This document shows positions 27,397 to 36,067 of a stretch of 64,000 bases of DNA, piece by piece. The stretch is from a virus. Its lineage: Duplodnaviria; Heunggongvirae; Uroviricota; Caudoviricetes; Straboviridae. The first letter of the stretch is position 1; the number at the start of each line of letters is the position of its first letter. Location of the stretch: the IMG/VR virus record IMGVR_UViG_3300011728_000017; one strand, 5' to 3'. Under the pieces are notes generated by a model. It searched no databases, had not been told where the DNA came from, and saw only the letters and a list, made by a program, of their open reading frames with translations. Both the position numbers and the translations under genes were made by a program.

Positions 27397-27857
27397 TCTT
27401 TGATCTCAATATCTGGGTTATCGCAGCACTTACCAACGTAAACACAACGCCCACAATTACGACACCTGATTTCCGGGAATAAATTAGCTGATGTTCTTTG
27501 TGCCATTACCGATTCGATAAATTTACGCGCAGTAGAAACAGCTTCATTTACTTCGGCTTCGATATACATCGGTTCAAAGCTACCCATCATATCAATTTCG
27601 AAAAGAATGATTTCTTCTTTGAACCTGTTTTCGCCTTTTTCCGGTTCTGGAGTTGGGAACAGTAAAGTAGACGGGATCGCGAAAACTGCTTTACCCCAAT
27701 CACACCCCGGCACTTCCTTAACTTCGGTGATCACTACACCTGCTTTGAGATATTCAAATTCTTTATCACGAATAAACCCATAATGATATTCGTACACACA
27801 TTTAGTAGCAAACGCGGGTTTAAGTCGGTAGGTCTTTCCAATACAAATCATTTCCAT
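27393..27857 (-). CDS. Hypothetical protein with C-terminal Cys cluster (CRNCGRCVYVGKCC)
   Basis: 154-aa ORF. Confidence 0.5.
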   Translation of the reverse strand: MEMICIGKTYRLKPAFATKCVYEYHYGFIRDKEFEYLKAGVVITEVKEVPGCDWGKAVFAIPSTLLFPTPEPEKGENRFKEEIILFEIDMMGSFEPMYIEAEVNEAVSTARKFIESVMAQRTSANLFPEIRCRNCGRCVYVGKCCDNPDIEIKE

Positions 27858-27870
27858 TATACCTTTAGTA

Positions 27871-28077
27871 TTAATTCAATTCCCCGACAAGTTCCATCGC
27901 CGCCTCAAGGGATTCAATTTCAAATTCAATATTGTCCATATGAAGAACTTTAATATCACCGAAGTAAACAGCAACTAAATTGCCTTCTGCATCGCGGATA
28001 ATGTAGGCACCATCAACTTCTTTAGCAATATGTTTCACTTTCATGTTCATGATGTGTTCCTTATTTGATAGGGGCAA
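27871..28077 (-). CDS. Hypothetical small protein
   Basis: 68-aa ORF. Confidence 0.4.
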   Translation of the reverse strand: MPLSNKEHIMNMKVKHIAKEVDGAYIIRDAEGNLVAVYFGDIKVLHMDNIEFEIESLEAAMELVGELN

Positions 28078-28106
28078 TATACCAGAATAAATTATTGAAT
28101 CAAGTT

Positions 28107-28343
28107 TTAAGCGTTAACTTCTTTCAGCCATTTGTTGTATCTGCATAACTGATTCTGCGCGGAATAATAACTTTCTTCACGGAAAGAAGAAGCACAGTAA
28201 ACCACGACCGGGATAGAAATACCGACTTCTGGTTTGTCGTCGAAAACGAACACCTGAATGTGTTCACGTTTTACGCGCGGTGACTTCATACCAGATACCA
28301 GCGCCAGGAAATCAGCCTTTTTCATCGCATGTGCCATTGACAT
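28107..28343 (-). CDS. Hypothetical protein (start at ATG 28343 just downstream of a PeSL cassette)
   Basis: ORF 28107..28571 is trimmed to the internal ATG (MSMAHAMKK), which has RBS ggag and sits downstream of the promoter at 28360..28420. Confidence 0.5.
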   Translation of the reverse strand: MSMAHAMKKADFLALVSGMKSPRVKREHIQVFVFDDKPEVGISIPVVVYCASSFREESYYSAQNQLCRYNKWLKEVNA

Positions 28344-28359
28344 AATTCGTTCTCCATTC

Positions 28360-28420
28360 AGTGTTTCGTTTCGATGTGTGTAAGATAACAAAAAGCCTCC
28401 TGCGATGCAAGAGGCTTGAT
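28360..28420 (-). promoter_or_regulatory. PeSL-like cassette on the - strand (stem-loop aagcctcTTGCATcgcaggaggctt, -10 TATCTT, ACACACATCGAAACGAAAC leader)
   Basis: A 54-bp segment is identical to 29773..29828. Confidence 0.6.
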
Positions 28421-28446
28421 GAAGAAAAATCGATATTTTATTAATT

Positions 28447-28755
28447 TTATTCAGCGTGGTCAAAAACCCATTTACGACGTTTTTCGTTAAGGTGGGCTTC
28501 GTTAGATGATGTTTCATCGATGTATGATCGATCCCCTTCTTTCGGGCGGTTGAAAGGAATATCCATATCAAGTCCAGCTTTCCTGAATTGGTCTTCCATT
28601 TCTTCGAGCAGTATTGAATCGATATTATGTTTTATGCACCACATCAAAAGACTGGAACATAGTCCGTTAAAACGGGAAAAGCTAGGATGCGGAAGCGCAC
28701 CATTTTTAAGCCATAAAGCATAATCCCAGTAAAAGAGTTTTAAATTTTCGCTCAT
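28447..28755 (-). CDS. Paralog A of the small-protein family ending RRKWVFDHAE
   Basis: MSENLKLFYWDYALWLKNG...EAHLNEKRRKWVFDHAE; about 60% identical to 28784..29092. Confidence 0.6.
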   Translation of the reverse strand: MSENLKLFYWDYALWLKNGALPHPSFSRFNGLCSSLLMWCIKHNIDSILLEEMEDQFRKAGLDMDIPFNRPKEGDRSYIDETSSNEAHLNEKRRKWVFDHAE

Positions 28756-28783
28756 TGTGAATTCCTAAATGTTTCAAAAATGC

Positions 28784-29092
28784 TTATTCAGCGTGGTCAA
28801 AAACCCATTTACGGCGTTTTTCGTTAAGGTGGGCTTCGTCGGATGATGTTTCTTCGGTGTATCTACGTTCCTCTGTAAATAAACTATTGAAAGGGATATC
28901 CTCATCAAGACCAGCATTTATAAACTGTTCAATCATTTCGCCAAAAATTGTTTCAGCCACGTCGTTCACCACACACCATCTTAGTAAACTGGTACATAAC
29001 CCAAAGCCACGACTGAAACAAAGATGTTCTTCGGCACCAGTTTTCAACCATAAAGCATACTCCCGGTAAAAGAGTTTTAAATCTTCGCTCAT
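28784..29092 (-). CDS. Paralog B of the small-protein family ending RRKWVFDHAE
   Basis: MSEDLKLFYREYALWLKTG...EAHLNEKRRKWVFDHAE. Confidence 0.6.
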   Translation of the reverse strand: MSEDLKLFYREYALWLKTGAEEHLCFSRGFGLCTSLLRWCVVNDVAETIFGEMIEQFINAGLDEDIPFNSLFTEERRYTEETSSDEAHLNEKRRKWVFDHAE

Positions 29093-29115
29093 TATAAATC
29101 CCTCACAAATATGTT

Positions 29116-29415
29116 TTAGAACTGCAAAGCTTTTTTATCATTGATTGCTGTTTTAAGCTTCTCGCGGTTAACTGTTACAGTTTCACAATCAGCACCGAAA
29201 CCAGTTTTCCAGCTAACCAGGACTTCGCCTGATGATTTAACCTGGAATTCTTTTTTGCCGAACAGAGCAACACCGAACAACTTACGCTGGTCATCAGCAC
29301 TCATACGAACCCACTGGTTTTCAATATTCAGCAACGCCATTACTTCGAAGAAGTTAATGAAGTCGTAATTACCTTTGTGGTCGATCCATGCTGGTACAGT
29401 GAATAAGTTTTTCAT
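29116..29415 (-). CDS. Hypothetical protein
   Basis: 99-aa ORF downstream of the PeSL at 29428..29482. Confidence 0.5.
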   Translation of the reverse strand: MKNLFTVPAWIDHKGNYDFINFFEVMALLNIENQWVRMSADDQRKLFGVALFGKKEFQVKSSGEVLVSWKTGFGADCETVTVNREKLKTAINDKKALQF

Positions 29416-29427
29416 GGCAATTCCTCC

Positions 29428-29482
29428 GGTTCGCTTGATGTGTGTATCCTATCAAAACCCCTTGCACTTGGCAAGGGGTTCA
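29428..29482 (-). promoter_or_regulatory. PeSL-like cassette (stem-loop aaccccTTGCCAagtgcaaggggtt, -10 GATAGGATA region, ACACACATCAAGCGAACCGG leader)
   Basis: Variant copy. Confidence 0.5.
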
Positions 29483-29487
29483 ATCAA

Positions 29488-29754
29488 TTATTCTTCTTTG
29501 AAGCAAAGTTCTACTTCAACGTTAACTAAGCAGATTGCGATATCCCATGAATCGGCAACCGGATCGTATACTGCTTTATCTTCATCTGCGACCGGGAGAG
29601 CAACAACCCAGCCATCAACAACACGTTTAACCCGAAGTCTTTCAAATAATGCAACCGCGTTGCCCAGTGATTCACCACCGTTAGCCAGCTTTTCAAAACG
29701 CGCTACATCTACCAGGTTGATTACTTTACCTTCCAGATCTTTATTGACGTTCAT
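29488..29754 (-). CDS. Hypothetical protein (start ATG 29754, MNVNKDLEG)
   Basis: ORF 29488..29802 is trimmed to the ATG with RBS aaggaac, which lies after the PeSL leader. Confidence 0.5.
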   Translation of the reverse strand: MNVNKDLEGKVINLVDVARFEKLANGGESLGNAVALFERLRVKRVVDGWVVALPVADEDKAVYDPVADSWDIAICLVNVEVELCFKEE

Positions 29755-29769
29755 AGTGATGTTCCTTTT

Positions 29770-29830
29770 TGCTGTTTCGTTTCGATGTGTGTAAGATAAC
29801 AAAAAGCCTCCTGCGATGCAAGAGGCTGTT
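29770..29830 (-). promoter_or_regulatory. PeSL-like cassette, a near-identical copy of 28360..28420
   Basis: 54-bp perfect direct repeat. Confidence 0.6.
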
Positions 29831-29846
29831 TTAGCAAAAAGTGCTA

Positions 29847-30197
29847 TTATTCTGCGTGGTCAAAAACCCATTGGCGACGTTTTTTGTTCAGATATGATGT
29901 GTGTCGCATAACTTCGGAAGAATAAGAATTCATACGATCATTTCTGTCAGCACTATTGAATGGGAAATCCTCACTTAGTCCGGCGTTAACAAATTGGCGG
30001 CTCATTTCGTAGGTTATAGTTGAGATTTTTTTATTTTCGCTCAACCACCTAATCAGGCATATACAAAGCCCGTCAAATCTCCTGAATGAAGTATGTTCAG
30101 GAGCGCCGTCATTAAGCCAGTTTGCATATTCCCGATAAAATTGTTTCAGTTCTTCACTCATTTCCATAATATATTCACCTTTCAAATTATAGTTCAA
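29847..30197 (-). CDS. Paralog C of the small-protein family (ends RRQWVFDHAE)
   Basis: ...LKQFYREYANWLNDGAPEHTSF...SYLNKKRRQWVFDHAE. Confidence 0.55.
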   Translation of the reverse strand: MNYNLKGEYIMEMSEELKQFYREYANWLNDGAPEHTSFRRFDGLCICLIRWLSENKKISTITYEMSRQFVNAGLSEDFPFNSADRNDRMNSYSSEVMRHTSYLNKKRRQWVFDHAE

Positions 30198-30223
30198 TGA
30201 AATGCCCCCGAAGGGGCATTTTC

Positions 30224-30478
30224 TTATCTCATTCTTAATTTAGTGACAGTTACCAGGTTTTTCGCGTGGGCTTTACAGGCTTCCGGGAGGCTGCTTTTCT
30301 CTGCGCTGTGCTGACGGAGCAACCACTTGAACATCCCTTCCAGGCTACCGTTGCTGTAGTGGACAACGTTTTCAACAATCAGGGTGATATCGTCGCCGTC
30401 TTTAACCAGCACCATACGACCGTTCATTACATGAGAGATAATCTGGTCGTTGTGGAAGTCATTGATTGTTCTAGCCAT
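30224..30478 (-). CDS. Hypothetical protein (start ATG 30478, MARTINDF)
   Basis: ORF 30224..30559 is trimmed to the ATG with RBS aggaacg after the PeSL leader. Confidence 0.5.
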   Translation of the reverse strand: MARTINDFHNDQIISHVMNGRMVLVKDGDDITLIVENVVHYSNGSLEGMFKWLLRQHSAEKSSLPEACKAHAKNLVTVTKLRMR

Positions 30479-30489
30479 TTTCGCGTTCC

Positions 30490-30550
30490 TTTCTCGTTTC
30501 GTCTTGATGTGTGTAATATAACAAAACCCCTCACCATAGGCAAGGGGTTT
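30490..30550 (-). promoter_or_regulatory. PeSL-like cassette (stem-loop aaccccTTGCCTatggtgaggggtt, -10 TATATT, ACACACATCAAGACGAAACGAG leader)
   Basis: Lies immediately downstream of the ligase gene. Confidence 0.55.
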
Positions 30551-30568
30551 CTTTAACAAAAAGTGCTA

Positions 30569-32164
30569 TTAAAACAGATCAGCAAAAACATCATGGATAT
30601 CATTGGGTTGTGACTTATCCCAACGAATCTTTTTGATGATTGGAAGGAAGAAACTGTATTCCGGTTCACCGGGTTTGCGGGTTTTTGAAGTCTGCAAACC
30701 ATCAACTTCCATTTCGACGATTGCCCCGATGTACATATCTTTGCTTCCCATGATGAATTCACGATCTAACCACCCGCGTTCAGTCAGCGGAATATATTCA
30801 CGGGTAACGCCATCATTAGCATAACGGTAATCAGTATCAGTCAGGCCGGATCCGGTATTCGTCCTTGCTTCCCCTGACAAATCCTCTACCACAAATCCGC
30901 CGATTTTATTAGGATCTTTGGTATGCGGATAAACATCAACGATTCGCAGATCGATTGGTGTTTTATTTTTTAGTTTAACCTGGTCGGCTACACGCGAATC
31001 TTTCCAGAAGAAATGCGTATTTTTCAGAATAGAACCTTCTTTACCTTCATTCCGGTAATCGTTGTAATCCTTTTTGGCTTCCGCAAAATTGTACACCAGT
31101 TTAGAAGGAATCAACTGAATATTCGTTACGCCGATTGCAGCAAGCGCACCTTCCAGAATACTAAATCGGTCGCAGTATGGAGCGGTAGAAACTTTATCGA
31201 CATAATACTGATCGTACTGAATAAGATCCCATACCTGGAATACAATATTTTTCTGTTCTTCTTCGGAAATAGTTCCTTTCAGGGATTTGTTTACAATCCC
31301 ATTACCTTCTTCACGTTTCGCCTCTGCTTTATCTTCTTCCGGCGTCGAAGGACGGATGATACCGGAGCCAGAATCAGCCAGTTCAGGAAGTACATCATCA
31401 TCCATAAAGCTATCAAGGCTAAACGGGATAGTTTTGATATCTGTGAATAAAGCAATGGCTTCTTCATCGGTCATGCGTCCTGTTGACATCAGTCGTTGGT
31501 CAGATTCAACTGCCACAACAGGCCCGTTGATATAAATTAGTTCACCATCCAGCACATAATCACAGCCCAGATAATCACGCAGTTTACGCAGCGATGTATC
31601 AAGATCGGTAAGTCCGGTATATTCATTACCTGCGCGGGATACTTTGCGAATGTAGCTTTCTACCAGATCCGCCATACAACGCGCCCCATCAGCCTTTAAT
31701 TGAGAGTAAGCCGGGTAAACGATACGTTTTAAGGCTTTCTCACTAAACGCCGTAGCGAGGCATTGAGGCTGTTCTGGGATAAGGTTTTTCCATACCCGAT
31801 TTGGTATGGTTGTACCCGCACCGCATTCCAGATCGCGGTTAATGATGCGGCGCAATACTTCCCGATCACGTTCATTAACCAGTGACGCAACTTTGCGCAA
31901 ATGATCGCGAGCATCATTACCCGTTAACTGACGAGTAGAAAGCTTGTTGATTATTTGCGATATTGCCCATGAAAGGGAATGAGTTTCATCGGGATATTGA
32001 TCAAACTCAGTAGGAAACTTTTTAACATGGAACATAATCTGTTTATTGTAAGTGATACAAAAGATATGTTTCAGTAAATCATTATCCTTGTGCTTATGCA
32101 GAATCGATTCTTTTTGTTTTGTTTTGAGTGTTGATGCTAGTTCATCAAGAATTGCTAAAATCAT
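30569..32164 (-). CDS. 30: ATP-dependent DNA ligase gp30
   Basis: Adenylation motif I KADGARC (T4 ligase has KADGAR); 531 aa against 487 for T4. Confidence 0.88.
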   Translation of the reverse strand: MILAILDELASTLKTKQKESILHKHKDNDLLKHIFCITYNKQIMFHVKKFPTEFDQYPDETHSLSWAISQIINKLSTRQLTGNDARDHLRKVASLVNERDREVLRRIINRDLECGAGTTIPNRVWKNLIPEQPQCLATAFSEKALKRIVYPAYSQLKADGARCMADLVESYIRKVSRAGNEYTGLTDLDTSLRKLRDYLGCDYVLDGELIYINGPVVAVESDQRLMSTGRMTDEEAIALFTDIKTIPFSLDSFMDDDVLPELADSGSGIIRPSTPEEDKAEAKREEGNGIVNKSLKGTISEEEQKNIVFQVWDLIQYDQYYVDKVSTAPYCDRFSILEGALAAIGVTNIQLIPSKLVYNFAEAKKDYNDYRNEGKEGSILKNTHFFWKDSRVADQVKLKNKTPIDLRIVDVYPHTKDPNKIGGFVVEDLSGEARTNTGSGLTDTDYRYANDGVTREYIPLTERGWLDREFIMGSKDMYIGAIVEMEVDGLQTSKTRKPGEPEYSFFLPIIKKIRWDKSQPNDIHDVFADLF

Positions 32165-32759
32165 TTAATTTCTCTTCAATATCAAACCATGTTTTTACCA
32201 CATGATGCGGGGCTTTAGGTTTATCACGTTCACCACGGATCATATGGAATAAAGGCAACTGACTCATGACATTATGACAATCATCTAAATTCACAGCGAG
32301 ATCATCAATAAAGCAAACAAGACGATCCCCGTATTTCGCTTTTGCGTCAAGATAGCGATGTGTCTTTGATTCATTATGATTAACAACACAGACTTCTTTA
32401 AACGCAGAAGGGAAAAGCGTATTCAGGTTAGCAATACGGTTTAAACTTGCGGCGGGAGTCGTACCCAGGGCCGTTACAGCCACGAAATCATATTTTATTT
32501 TCAGACGGTTGATTACCTGCAATGCATCGTCATACGCGCTTAGATAGCGAATAAACGAGCTATTGTTATATTCTTCCATCAGGATTTTGGCTAATTGATC
32601 GTTACAGCCGAAGATATCAGTCAGGGATCGGAATCGTTCATCAGAAATCATTTCAAGCGCAACATCAGTAGGCATATTATGCTTCGAAAGGAAGAAAGCA
32701 AGCCCGGACTGCCATTTAATCGAAACACCATCAATATCGGTAAGGATTACAGGTTTCAA
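32145..32759 (-). CDS. HAD-superfamily phosphatase, possibly 5'(3')-deoxyribonucleotidase-like
   Basis: N-terminal ILTDIDGVSIKW (DxDG[VT] HAD motif I). Confidence 0.5.
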   Translation of the reverse strand: MKPVILTDIDGVSIKWQSGLAFFLSKHNMPTDVALEMISDERFRSLTDIFGCNDQLAKILMEEYNNSSFIRYLSAYDDALQVINRLKIKYDFVAVTALGTTPAASLNRIANLNTLFPSAFKEVCVVNHNESKTHRYLDAKAKYGDRLVCFIDDLAVNLDDCHNVMSQLPLFHMIRGERDKPKAPHHVVKTWFDIEEKLNDFSNS

Positions 32760-32977
32760 GATAAAACCTCATACCGATCAAAGAACAGTTTACTTTTAAA
32801 CGCATTCAATTCTGCGAGGAAATACTCACGTTCAAATTCACGATAATACTCAAACTCAATACACAGCATATCATCGTTAGTTACGCCAATACCCACGATA
32901 TCCTGATGATATCTTTTAGCGCGTTCCAGAACAAAAGGATCGAGATCCGAACAATCGAAATAAATTACATAACTCAT
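32756..32977 (-). CDS. Hypothetical small protein
   Basis: 73 aa, coupled. Confidence 0.4.
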   Translation of the reverse strand: MSYVIYFDCSDLDPFVLERAKRYHQDIVGIGVTNDDMLCIEFEYYREFEREYFLAELNAFKSKLFFDRYEVLS

Positions 32978-33186
32978 ATATACTCAATATTATCTAAATT
33001 AATCTCTTCTGATGCATTTTCCATCATCATTACAAAACAGTCTTCAACGGATTCATCTTCGGCACGTACAACGACAACCATATAAGGCCCATGTGCTTCA
33101 ATTTCCACAATAGTCATGTGACATTGTTTGATTCTTTCCAGCACAATAGGATGTACTGCGAGAATATCAAAAGTGAGTCTGATCAT
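32974..33186 (-). CDS. Hypothetical small protein
   Basis: 70 aa, coupled. Confidence 0.4.
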   Translation of the reverse strand: MIRLTFDILAVHPIVLERIKQCHMTIVEIEAHGPYMVVVVRAEDESVEDCFVMMMENASEEINLDNIEYI

Positions 33187-33449
33187 TACTTACCTTTATA
33201 CATATAACATGCTGCGAACGAAGGATTATCGATATCAAGTTTTTCAAAAACAATATCACCGGATGCGCATTTTCTGACGTAGCTCTCAATAACATTCATG
33301 CTACTCGCGCCAATTGTGACGTAATAAACGCCTGCTTTATAAATAACACCCATAATCAGGGTTGAACTTAATGTACCCTGCGCATAAAGCAACGCAAGAG
33401 GGTTAACGTTGCCTTTAAAAAGAAAAGCGCACTCTACTCTTTCACTCAT
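33186..33449 (-). CDS. Hypothetical small protein
   Basis: 87 aa, coupled. Confidence 0.4.
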   Translation of the reverse strand: MSERVECAFLFKGNVNPLALLYAQGTLSSTLIMGVIYKAGVYYVTIGASSMNVIESYVRKCASGDIVFEKLDIDNPSFAACYMYKGK

Positions 33450-33952
33450 AATAATTCCCTTAACCGGGTTAACTGACCAACAAATTCACGTTCAGTCAGT
33501 ACCGTTTCATTAGTTTTATTTTTGCCCATTGAATGTGTCAATGTTGCCTTTCCAGTCGCTTTTAATGCACGTCTGAAACCGTCATTAAGGATTATCGCAT
33601 TATACGCATTCGTAATCAAATTTTGATACGCTTCCGAATCGCGATGAACGGGAACACCTTTCCAGTAAAGGGTTTGATCCCTCCACCAGTTTTTCTTTTT
33701 ACCTTTGAACTTCGCGGCCTTGCCTACCAGAGTACAGACATACGCCTGCATATCAGGATTGCTAAATTTGAGGCTTTGTAAAAAGCCCTCCATCGATGCG
33801 CATTGCACCCCGTCGAACGTAAACGGATGCGGGGAGAAGTTGCTTAATGCATTTGAAGGGTAAGAGTTACCGGATCCGATGTCCATTATGACAACATCCC
33901 CATTACCATTAACCCGCCTGCGACACATCCCAGGAGGAAATAGGCGATACAC
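33446..33952 (-). CDS. NADAR (YbiA-like) domain protein
   Basis: LSNFSPHPFTFDGVQCASMEGFLQSLKF (YbiA FSNWYPAPFELDGVTY..SEQY..AQK), KATGKATLTH (TGDATLVE) and a C-terminal ...QLTRLRELL. Confidence 0.7.
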   Translation of the reverse strand: MYRLFPPGMCRRRVNGNGDVVIMDIGSGNSYPSNALSNFSPHPFTFDGVQCASMEGFLQSLKFSNPDMQAYVCTLVGKAAKFKGKKKNWWRDQTLYWKGVPVHRDSEAYQNLITNAYNAIILNDGFRRALKATGKATLTHSMGKNKTNETVLTEREFVGQLTRLRELL

Positions 33953-33973
33953 AAGAAAATTGATTCACTCGCT

Positions 33974-34129
33974 TTCATTACGGGATTCCTTCTTTCCTTG
34001 TTGACGTGCGTGTTTACGACCAGCACGTACCAGTGAATCATAGTACGGACGTTTACGATCAATATTGTCAGTGCGGTAAGCTTTACCGAAATGACTTGTT
34101 TTGAATCCGTAATATTTCATGATGTCACC
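33974..34129 (-). CDS. Small basic hypothetical protein (51 aa)
   Basis: MKYYGFKTSHFGKAYRTDNIDRKRPYYDSLVRAGRKHARQQGKK...; below the ORF-track threshold. Confidence 0.3.
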
Positions 34130-34344
34130 CAGCATACTAATGCAATAGATACGAGGATTGTTACCACATCTACTGTTTCGATATTAATCACTCTTCGACC
34201 TCATAAGGTTTATGAAGGCCACGCGCCGGATCATAACGGTCGTAAGTCGTACCGTTGGTGGATGCTTTGATCGAAATACTGTCACGACAACGCCAGTGAA
34301 CCCGTGCCGCCCGTATTTCGTTAATTTTGCCAGCAATAAACTTT

Positions 34345-34719
34345 TTAATGAATTTCAATTGTAACCCCTAATGATAAAAGTAAGGCAGAAAGAAGCAGGA
34401 TAGTTAGAATTAAAGCCAGAGTCAATTTATAGCTGGATAAAATACTCGACTTTTCTTCAACAGGAGTTTCTTTAAACTCATATCTAGAATAACCAATCTC
34501 ATATCCATTTCCAGAAGGATCAGCCATTAAATCGGCGGCTAGTTTATCATAATCATCGCATTTGATGATAAGACAAGTAATCAATGGATACGGAGAATCT
34601 GGTGGCCCCGGCCATGCATTTTGATGAACAATTTTGGCATCGTTCGTTAATATAGTCTTGTAATCTTCGGTAGTGATTTCTCTGTAGAATGTAAAAGCAG
34701 TGCCGAATGGACTATTCAT
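34345..34719 (-). CDS. Hypothetical protein with C-terminal TM helix
   Basis: 124-aa ORF. Confidence 0.45.
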   Translation of the reverse strand: MNSPFGTAFTFYREITTEDYKTILTNDAKIVHQNAWPGPPDSPYPLITCLIIKCDDYDKLAADLMADPSGNGYEIGYSRYEFKETPVEEKSSILSSYKLTLALILTILLLSALLLSLGVTIEIH

Positions 34720-34950
34720 TTAATCACCAACCTTAAAAATATTTCCGTATGAATCATAATAAGCGCCGATTTTCTTCAAGAAATCATCAGCCCTTTCAGG
34801 GGAACGGGAAAAGATAGCAATCCGATATCCTACAAACTCACGATAAACCGTTACAGGAGAAATACTGGATATACTCTGTTTGAATTCCCGTATACGTGCC
34901 ATGAATTCAAGTGGCAATTCTTGTTCATTATATTCCAGAATATATCTCAT
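34720..34950 (-). CDS. Hypothetical small protein
   Basis: 76 aa, coupled. Confidence 0.4.
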   Translation of the reverse strand: MRYILEYNEQELPLEFMARIREFKQSISSISPVTVYREFVGYRIAIFSRSPERADDFLKKIGAYYDSYGNIFKVGD

Positions 34951-35168
34951 TAATCACATCTCTCATAATTAACGGTTACTGTACGCTCGTATACACGCGC
35001 GAAAAATCGGATATCAGGATGTGTTGCGGTGTTCTTCGCAATATAAGCATCTTCTTCACTATCCCAACCAGCAGCATTAAAATCACTATTGGAAAGAAAG
35101 AGAGTACCGAAGAAATCACGTTTAACAAACTGATCCCCGACCATCATAATATAATCTTTAGTTGTCAT
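34950..35168 (-). CDS. Hypothetical small protein
   Basis: 72 aa, coupled. Confidence 0.4.
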   Translation of the reverse strand: MTTKDYIMMVGDQFVKRDFFGTLFLSNSDFNAAGWDSEEDAYIAKNTATHPDIRFFARVYERTVTVNYERCD

Positions 35169-35359
35169 CGAATCACCTTAAACGGAGCACCGAAATTAGG
35201 ATCCAGATTGAATTCATCAATGATATCGCCGTCTTTTGTTTTAACGGTCGCTTCCATTTGAATATCTGTGTATTCAATAATTACCATACCATCCCAATGA
35301 GGAAATTCTTTCAACCAATCAGATTCAACCGGAGTAATCTTATCACCTACTTTAAACAT
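35165..35359 (-). CDS. Hypothetical small protein
   Basis: 64 aa, coupled. Confidence 0.4.
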   Translation of the reverse strand: MFKVGDKITPVESDWLKEFPHWDGMVIIEYTDIQMEATVKTKDGDIIDEFNLDPNFGAPFKVIR

Positions 35360-35361
35360 AA

Positions 35362-35652
35362 TTAAGCCCTCACTTCCACAACACGGCGTTTTCTTACGAC
35401 TAATACATCATGAATGCCTTTATTATTGCAACGGCTGGTTTTCAGGGTTTCAGTACGACGACCGAGAACCAAAGTTTTAACTTCAACCGGAGCAACAGCG
35501 ATAACCACAACAGCAGCCCAACGAGAGCCAACGGCTTTATCAGTACCCAGATCGATTACAGCAGCGGTATTTTTACCAGCGGCTTTAACGTAAGCACGAG
35601 CTTCACGACGGGTATTGAAACAAACCAGGTCTTTCATGTTGTATGCTTTCAT
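35362..35652 (-). CDS. Hypothetical protein
   Basis: 96-aa ORF downstream of the promoter at 35680..35730. Confidence 0.4.
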   Translation of the reverse strand: MKAYNMKDLVCFNTRREARAYVKAAGKNTAAVIDLGTDKAVGSRWAAVVVIAVAPVEVKTLVLGRRTETLKTSRCNNKGIHDVLVVRKRRVVEVRA

Positions 35653-35679
35653 GATGTATTTCCTTTTAAAAATTAGTCA

Positions 35680-35730
35680 TTTCGTTTCTGTGTGGGTACA
35701 GTAACAATAAACCAATTTCCTGTCAATAAG
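35680..35730 (-). promoter_or_regulatory. Early-type promoter (-35 TTGACA, ACACAGAAACGAAATG leader) on the - strand
   Basis: Shares the leader box with the PeSL cassettes; the stem-loop terminator is separate, at 35756..35792. Confidence 0.45.
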
Positions 35731-35755
35731 ACTTTTCTACTATTTTCAAAAAAGA

Positions 35756-35792
35756 AAAAGCCGTTACCCCTGAAAGAGATAACGGCTTGATT
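35756..35792 (-). terminator. Rho-independent terminator (aagccgttatctctttcaggggtaacggctt + TTTTTCTTTTTT on the - strand)
   Basis: Long hairpin plus U-tract after the gene at 35793..36065. Confidence 0.65.
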
Positions 35793-36065
35793 TTAATACT
35801 TTTCTTCTGGCTGGAACACAGCACGACACGCCCACATCGACGCTTCTTTTAACTTGTCTTTGGCAACGCGGATCTGATGAACACGTTCAAACAGGTTATC
35901 CAATTCATCAGAGGGCAAATCGGCACCAGTAACATACGCATGATTAAACTTTTCATCAAGATCATTCAGGATTGCACCCAGCGCATTTTCTGCATCTTTA
36001 ATGAGATTTACTGTTGACACTTTTTCTACGGTGTGTGGCTTATAGCCTTTGATATCTTCGATCAT
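35793..36065 (-). CDS. Hypothetical protein
   Basis: 90-aa ORF. Confidence 0.45.
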   Translation of the reverse strand: MIEDIKGYKPHTVEKVSTVNLIKDAENALGAILNDLDEKFNHAYVTGADLPSDELDNLFERVHQIRVAKDKLKEASMWACRAVFQPEEKY

Positions 36066-36067
36066 AA

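Noticed and set aside
28360-30550. Repeated roughly 55-bp elements that could be mistaken for a CRISPR array
   Set aside because: There are only four copies, at irregular spacing (about 1.0-1.4 kb). Each contains promoter hexamers and precedes an ORF with an RBS. They are PeSL-type promoter/terminator cassettes, not CRISPR repeats.
30553-30762. 69-aa ORF overlapping the ligase 3' end and the PeSL
   Set aside because: It overlaps the C-terminus of the well-supported ligase ORF and the regulatory cassette, so it is probably spurious.
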